Assembly (NCBI GenBank): GCA_027623195.1
Contig: JAQBUT010000015.1
Location: 20,062-84,061, forward strand
DNA: 64,000 nt
Direction of reading: 5' to 3'
Origin: Chloroflexota bacterium
GTDB lineage: Bacteria > Chloroflexota > Dehalococcoidia > Lucifugimonadales > JADFKI01
The notes beneath the pieces were generated by a model. That model had not been told where the DNA came from. It searched no databases and was given only the letters and a program-made list of their open reading frames with translations. Shown here piece by piece: positions 58,420-64,000 of the stretch. Within the stretch, counting starts at the first letter, position 1. Each line of letters begins with the position of its first letter. The translations under genes and the position numbers were made by a program.

Positions 58420-60258
58420 TTATTCAGGATCATTTACGGGTTCAAAAGACCACGCGTATACGCCAATCATTCCGATCAGCACGCCGAATGCCGCTACGGC
58501 AAAATAAGTGCCGTGGTAAACAAGACCGAAGCCAGCAATTACGAGACCTATGGAAACGACTATCGGCCAGTACGAAGGTTGCGGCATATGTATGGAGTGC
58601 TCTTCCTCGCCCGAGCCGCCTCCGACAGGCACTCCGTGATGCACCTGGCCGCGCTTCTCGGCCCACCATGCGTCTCTGTCGTATACAGTTGGGATCTCCG
58701 CAAAGTTGTACTCAGGTGGAGGGGAAGACATGGACCACTCCAGGGTTCTGCCGTCCCACGGATCGCCGTCTGCGGCCTCGCCGTTCCTCCAACTGGTGAC
58801 TATGTTATAGATGAAAATAAGGAATGAGAGGCCAAGTACCAGTGCCCCTAGTGTCGAAACGCCGTTCCAAAGGGACCACCCCATATTGGCGTCGTACGTG
58901 TAGATTCGTCGGGGCATACCGTCCAATCCAAGGAAGTGCATTGGGAAGAACACGAGGTTCATTCCCACGAACATAACCCAGAAGTTGAGCTTACCGATTG
59001 CCTCGTTGTACATGCGGCCGGTAATCTTAGGGAACCAGTAGTAGATGCCGCCGACCACTGCCACAATCGCTCCGCCAAACAGTACGTAATGAATGTGCGC
59101 AACGATGAAATAGGTGTCCTGCTGCTGTGCATCCGACGAGGCCATCGCGTGCATGATTCCGCTGATGCCGCCAATGGTGAACAAGGCGATGAACCCTAAT
59201 GCGAACAGCAGGGGTGCTTTGTATTCCATGCTCCCGCCCCAGATCGTCGCCATCCAGTTGAATATCTTGATACCAGTCGGCACCGCGATTGCCATTGTTG
59301 TCAGCGTGAAGACCGCTGTCGGGATGGGGCCAAGGCCCACAGTGAACATGTGATGGCTCCATACCATCCAACCCATAAAGGCGATGATGGCCCCCGCCAG
59401 TACCACCGTCGAGTAACCGAACAGAGGCTTCTTGGCGAAGGTCGGCAGAATTTCCGAAACAATGCCCATTGCGGGGAGAATTAGTATGTAGACTTCGGGA
59501 TGACCAAACACCCAGAAAAGGTGCTGCCATAGGACGGGGTCTCCGCCTGTGGCCACGTTGAAGAAGTTCATGCCAAAGGTGCGGTCGAAGTAGAGTTCGA
59601 TAAGCGCCACTGTGATTACTGGGAAGGCCAGCACCAGAAGAATGGCAGTAATAAAGGTCATCCAGGTGAACAGCGGCATCCGCATGAAGGACATGCCGGG
59701 TGCACGCATGTTAACTATCGTTACGATGAAGTTAAACGCGGCGGCTAATGAAGCTACCCCCAACACTTGCAAAGAGATGATCCAGAAGTCGATACCGTTG
59801 CCCGGGTTTTGGGCCGTGCTGGTTAACGGGGCGTACCCAAACCAGCCTGCGTTGGTAGCGCCTCCCAGAAACCAGCTGGAGTTCAGCAGAATGGCTCCGC
59901 CTAGGAACGTCCAGTAGCTGAATGCGTTCAGCCGAGGGAAGGCGACGTCTCGAGCGCCGATCTGGAGTGGAATCACGAAGTTGAAGAACGCAGCACTCAG
60001 CGGCATCACAGCCAGGAAGATCATTGTCGTCCCGTGCATGGTGAAGAGCTGGTTGAAAACCTCCGGGCTGACGATATCCTGATTGGGTCCAGCCAACTGG
60101 ATGCGCATCAACAGCGCTTCGAGGCCGCCAATTATAAATAGGACGAAGGCAGTGACTCCGTAGAGTACACCGATCTTCTTATGGTCGATCGTGGTAATCC
60201 AAGACCAAACGCCCGTAGGGTGGGTAGGCCTTGGTATCGCGAACGGAACTGTTGTCAT
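58420..60258 (-). CDS. ctaD: Cytochrome c oxidase subunit I (A1 type)
   Basis: DHKKIG, TMHGT, GHPEVY, WSHHMF, AHIHY, MPRR. Confidence 0.98.
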   Translation of the reverse strand: MTTVPFAIPRPTHPTGVWSWITTIDHKKIGVLYGVTAFVLFIIGGLEALLMRIQLAGPNQDIVSPEVFNQLFTMHGTTMIFLAVMPLSAAFFNFVIPLQIGARDVAFPRLNAFSYWTFLGGAILLNSSWFLGGATNAGWFGYAPLTSTAQNPGNGIDFWIISLQVLGVASLAAAFNFIVTIVNMRAPGMSFMRMPLFTWMTFITAILLVLAFPVITVALIELYFDRTFGMNFFNVATGGDPVLWQHLFWVFGHPEVYILILPAMGIVSEILPTFAKKPLFGYSTVVLAGAIIAFMGWMVWSHHMFTVGLGPIPTAVFTLTTMAIAVPTGIKIFNWMATIWGGSMEYKAPLLFALGFIALFTIGGISGIMHAMASSDAQQQDTYFIVAHIHYVLFGGAIVAVVGGIYYWFPKITGRMYNEAIGKLNFWVMFVGMNLVFFPMHFLGLDGMPRRIYTYDANMGWSLWNGVSTLGALVLGLSFLIFIYNIVTSWRNGEAADGDPWDGRTLEWSMSSPPPEYNFAEIPTVYDRDAWWAEKRGQVHHGVPVGGGSGEEEHSIHMPQPSYWPIVVSIGLVIAGFGLVYHGTYFAVAAFGVLIGMIGVYAWSFEPVNDPE

Positions 60259-60304
60259 CCCTTCCTCCGTGCTGATCCTTGCAAATTTATGTAGAAGTCG
60301 CCGT

Positions 60305-61432
60305 CTAGTTCAGGGTCAGCAGATACGCTACTAAGGCGTCAATTTCGCGCTCTTCCAGCTTGCTGTCGGGGTCTGAATACACTTTCGCATCCCTGGTCAT
60401 GATGTTGCCGGGCTTAACGTCGTCTGGGTCGCTCAGCCAGGTCTTCAGATTCTGTTGCAGCAGGGCGTCGTTGACCGTAAGGCTGCCTTCGTCCTTGTTA
60501 GGCAATAGCCCTGCCAGGTAAAGCCGACTGGCGACGTGGGAAAGGTTGGGGCCAACTCGGCCTGGCAGCCTTCTGCCGCCTTCTGCCAGGTTCATAACGC
60601 TGTTTGTGGCATGGCAGCCCGTGCACCCGGCGCTTCGGAAAAGCTCCTTGCCCTGCAAGGCGAGGGCGTCTATCGGGTCCGGTGCCGGTACAGCTTGTGC
60701 CTGTAACCAGGCGTTGAAGCTGTCTCTGGATTCGACTATCACTTTGAAACGCATGTTGGCGTGTGAGACTCCACAGAACTCCGCGCACTGACCGTAAAAC
60801 TCCCCCTGGGAATTCGCCTGAAGCCACATGCCATTGTCGTTGTTGGGTACCATATCAACTTTGCCGCCCATTTTAGGGATCCAGAAGCTGTGGATTACGT
60901 CTACTGAGCGGAGGTTTATATTCACGGGTTCACCAACAGGCATGTGAAGTTCGTTGGCAAAAACGATCTGTTGGTTGGGGTCGTTGGGGTTGGGATAACG
61001 AAATTCAAACCACCACTGGTGGCCAATTGCGTCGAGTTCCAGGCCGCCCTGCGCCGGTGTCAGGGGGGAGTTGGCCATAAGAAAGATGCCCTGTATGGTG
61101 GGCACTGCCGCTATGATCAGGATGATTACCGGGGCGATGGTCCAGGCGATTTCCATTCTGGTGTTGCCGTGCGTCTGAACGGGGTCGCCATCCCCGAGGC
61201 GCCTTCGGAATTTGACTATTATGTAAACTAGAGCGCCTTCAACAAGTACGAAGACGACGGCGCCTATCCAAAAAATTACGTTGAAAACGAAAAGCTGCAT
61301 TTCAGCGATTGGGCCTAATGCATCGAAAGTGGACTGTGGGTTGGAAGGAGTGCAGCCAAGGACCAGGGCTAACATGGCGCCGATTACAGTAAAACTGACA
61401 AGCTGACGGGAGCGTTGTTTTACGCTAAGCAT
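60305..61432 (-). CDS. ctaC: Cytochrome c oxidase subunit II with a fused cytochrome c
   Basis: Lipobox VLGC; DVIHSFW, CAEFCGVSHANM (CuA); CTGCH heme c motif. Confidence 0.96.
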   Translation of the reverse strand: MLSVKQRSRQLVSFTVIGAMLALVLGCTPSNPQSTFDALGPIAEMQLFVFNVIFWIGAVVFVLVEGALVYIIVKFRRRLGDGDPVQTHGNTRMEIAWTIAPVIILIIAAVPTIQGIFLMANSPLTPAQGGLELDAIGHQWWFEFRYPNPNDPNQQIVFANELHMPVGEPVNINLRSVDVIHSFWIPKMGGKVDMVPNNDNGMWLQANSQGEFYGQCAEFCGVSHANMRFKVIVESRDSFNAWLQAQAVPAPDPIDALALQGKELFRSAGCTGCHATNSVMNLAEGGRRLPGRVGPNLSHVASRLYLAGLLPNKDEGSLTVNDALLQQNLKTWLSDPDDVKPGNIMTRDAKVYSDPDSKLEEREIDALVAYLLTLN

Positions 61433-61555
61433 GTGTTAGGTGTTGTCCTCCCTGACGTCCGATACAGCGAATAAATGGGCTGCGCAACAGCATAAGAATC
61501 TAACAGAGCCGTCATTCTATAGTCAAGGCTCTAAATGGGGCGAACAGCGTCCAAA

Positions 61556-62446
61556 TCAAAATTTGACCAGGCTATCCACAATTATGGCTGTGAATAGGAT
61601 AGCCAGGTAAAGCAATGAATACAGGTATAGTCCCTTCGCCCCTTGAATTTCCGGGTTCCTCAGGAGCCGCCACGCGTAGTAAATGAATAGCACTCCTGCA
61701 ACAGCAGAGCTTACCAGATATATTAGGCCCACCGCGCCCGTGGCATAAAACATGGAGGTGAGCGCCAACATCAGGACCGTATACAAAAGTATGGACTTTT
61801 TGGTTTCCCAGACTCCGGCCACGACCGGAAGCATGGGTACTTTAGCCCTGGCATAATCGTCCTTGAGGAGCAGCGCCAATGCCCAAAAGTGAGGCGGCGT
61901 CCAGAAGAACACGATGGCGAATAGATATATGGCCGGCAGACCTATCGTGCCAGTTACGGCTGTCCACCCTACCATTGGCGGTATCGCCCCCGCGGCGCCG
62001 CCGATGACGATGTTCTGCGTTGAAGTGCGTTTCAACGCCTTGGTGTAAACAATCACGTAAAACAATGTGGCGCCCAACGTTAGCACTGCGCTAAGTACGT
62101 TCACCAGGCTTGCCAACAGGATGAATGCAATTATATTAACCGCTATGCCGAAGATCACGGCGTGGTGAGATGGAATCATGCCCACTACAACCGGTCTGGT
62201 CTGAGTGCGCCGCATGGCCTCGTCTATGTCCCGATCCATGCTTTGATTCAGTGCGTTGGCTCCCGCGGACGCCAGAGTGCCTCCAACCAGTACCAGCAGC
62301 GTAGTTGCCAGGTCAGGAACGCCTCGTGACGCCAAAAACAGGCCGCCGAGGGCAGTGAACAGGAGCATCATGATTATTCGGGGTTTAGTGAGCGTGATGT
62401 AAGCCCGGATTAACGTCCGTATGTCCGTCGCCTGCGAAATAATCAT
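61556..62446 (-). CDS. ctaB: Heme o synthase (protoheme IX farnesyltransferase)
   Basis: LTKP, DRDID..M.RT..RP, WTPPHFWAL, DY. Confidence 0.96.
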   Translation of the reverse strand: MIISQATDIRTLIRAYITLTKPRIIMMLLFTALGGLFLASRGVPDLATTLLVLVGGTLASAGANALNQSMDRDIDEAMRRTQTRPVVVGMIPSHHAVIFGIAVNIIAFILLASLVNVLSAVLTLGATLFYVIVYTKALKRTSTQNIVIGGAAGAIPPMVGWTAVTGTIGLPAIYLFAIVFFWTPPHFWALALLLKDDYARAKVPMLPVVAGVWETKKSILLYTVLMLALTSMFYATGAVGLIYLVSSAVAGVLFIYYAWRLLRNPEIQGAKGLYLYSLLYLAILFTAIIVDSLVKF

Positions 62447-63423
62447 GAGGTGGCTCCTTCAAGAGGAGATGCAGAAGACATCGAAGGGGCGTGCTGATCA
62501 GCCTCGGACCACATAGGCACTACTACCATTGCAGTCATGAGAACCAGCGACATCCAAACTAGGGTTGCCAGGCTCAGATGAATCGCCTTCATTTCGGGGC
62601 TAAACCCTGCCCAGACGGTAGCTGCCCCGACCATTGTTTGTAGAATAAACACGCCAGCCAAGACGAGCCCTGCGACGCCCATTGAATACGATACGTGGCG
62701 TTGTTTCCAGGCGATAGCTGCCGCGCCGATGATCATGAGACCAACGATTGCCGCGATGTATCTGTGTCCCATGTGGATGGCGTACGCGCCCCCTTCTGGG
62801 AAAAGGCTTCCCTGACACAGGGGCCATGTGGCGCATGATGAACCCGCGCCGTAGCCCACGACATAGGATCCGGATAATATCAAAATAAACACGGCCGTGA
62901 GTGTAGCGTAAAGGTGCTTACGGAACCCAGCCGTGTACTGCTTGGCATTAGCTGCCTCCGGCTTACCGCCGCGCCAACCAGCTACTGCCGCGATAACCAT
63001 GCATGCCACCACGCCCTCTGCGACTGCCAGGTGGATAAGGCGCACCCACCAACGTAGCTCGGTAAGCACTGTTGCCCCTCCCAGGGCCGCCGCTACGATG
63101 ACGAGGCCCATGCCAATGGCGGTAGGCCACAAAGCCCACCGGTTATTGCGAAGAAAAAGCCACGCCAGTATCAGCGTCGCCAGCACAAGAAAACTTAGGA
63201 CGGAGGCAGAAAGCCTATGGGAGTATTCGATCAGAGTGGCCAATTCAAAAGGAGGTATCAATTGGCCATGACACAAAGGCCAGTCGGGGCAACCCAGTCC
63301 AGACCCGGAAACACGAACCACGCCGCCCAATGTAATCTGAGCAAGGGCTGCAACTGACGAAGCAAGCGCCAAAACGCGGAAGGCAATCAGGGACTTGGGA
63401 CCCGGCGCCCGGCTCTGCAGCAC
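62443..63423 (-). CDS. ctaA: Heme a synthase (COX15/CtaA)
   Basis: GLGCPDWPLC, EYSHR, further His residues. Confidence 0.93.
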   Translation of the reverse strand: MLQSRAPGPKSLIAFRVLALASSVAALAQITLGGVVRVSGSGLGCPDWPLCHGQLIPPFELATLIEYSHRLSASVLSFLVLATLILAWLFLRNNRWALWPTAIGMGLVIVAAALGGATVLTELRWWVRLIHLAVAEGVVACMVIAAVAGWRGGKPEAANAKQYTAGFRKHLYATLTAVFILILSGSYVVGYGAGSSCATWPLCQGSLFPEGGAYAIHMGHRYIAAIVGLMIIGAAAIAWKQRHVSYSMGVAGLVLAGVFILQTMVGAATVWAGFSPEMKAIHLSLATLVWMSLVLMTAMVVVPMWSEADQHAPSMSSASPLEGATS

Positions 63424-63584
63424 TGGTGAAATTTCGCCTTACTTGGGCATCCCCATCATATGCCGAAAAGGGAGTCCCCGGAGGTTCTGAACGTCAGACC
63501 GAAAAGTATGTGCAACTTTTCACGAGGAAGGATAGCATAGGCCCAGTAGGCCGTCAATAAACTGTTCCGCGCCTCAGAATCTTC

Positions 63585-63614
63585 TTGACGCAGTTGTAGG
63601 CCCGTCGCTACAAT
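63585..63614 (+). promoter_or_regulatory. Sigma70-type promoter for the tRNA
   Basis: TTGACG-N18-TACAAT. Confidence 0.55.
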
Positions 63615-63667
63615 AAATTGACCTCTTGTTGTGGTGCGCGGCATCACAGTGACCACCGCTCATACGT

Positions 63668-63740
<73 letters not shown>

Positions 63741-63835
63741 CTCCTCTAAAGTCGCATAACAAAGGGGCCGCTACAATTTCAGCGGCCCCTCTACATTTGC
63801 CTAATTTGGCGATTTGCTAACAAAATGCTAACGGA

Positions 63836-63931
63836 TTACCCCATGGCGCTCTCAAAGACCTCGGCTGCGTCCGCATCCATTTGCGGGGTGAGGTGCGCAT
63901 AAATGGACATCGTCAATGAAGGGGAATTATG
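63836..63931 (-). pseudogene. C-terminal remnant of a tyrosine integrase
   Basis: Minus-strand translation HNSPSLTMSIYAHLTPQMDADAAEVFESAMG* matches the box II H-x9-Y-x-H tail; adjacent to the tRNA 3' end. Confidence 0.75.
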
Positions 63932-64000
63932 ACTGTTGTCATTCAGCGAAGTGGGACAGAAAACTTAGTGGAGAGAATCGGCTGAATTGGCGAGCTCTCT

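Overview
Bacterial chromosomal window of moderately high GC. Gene content suggests Chloroflexota, probably aerobic Dehalococcoidia of the SAR202 type (inference). It holds housekeeping genes (gap, eno, hpt, thrS-infC-rpmI-rplT, tRNA-Lys) and a complete caa3-type cytochrome c oxidase locus (ctaABCDEFG, SCO, nearby cupredoxin). It also holds many catabolic genes: a luciferase-like monooxygenase, a fused class III CoA-transferase, SDRs, a mandelate-racemase family enzyme, D-aminoacylase, a formaldehyde dehydrogenase, a reductive-dehalogenase-like protein and a divergent transketolase. Signals absent from the ORF track or not evident in it: a UGA-recoded Rdx/SelW-type selenoprotein (CVPU) with its own promoter, candidate SECIS and terminator at 21216-21500; two candidate structured RNAs (about 8590-8667 and about 35565-35735); a possible non-T-box attenuator before thrS; an AUU start for infC; two disrupted exported-protein genes; a stand-alone HEPN-like gene; an active/degenerate CE7 esterase pair; and a tyrosine-integrase remnant beside tRNA-Lys. 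No CRISPR array, rRNA or intact mobile element was seen. Family calls are from motif recognition by eye, without database searches.
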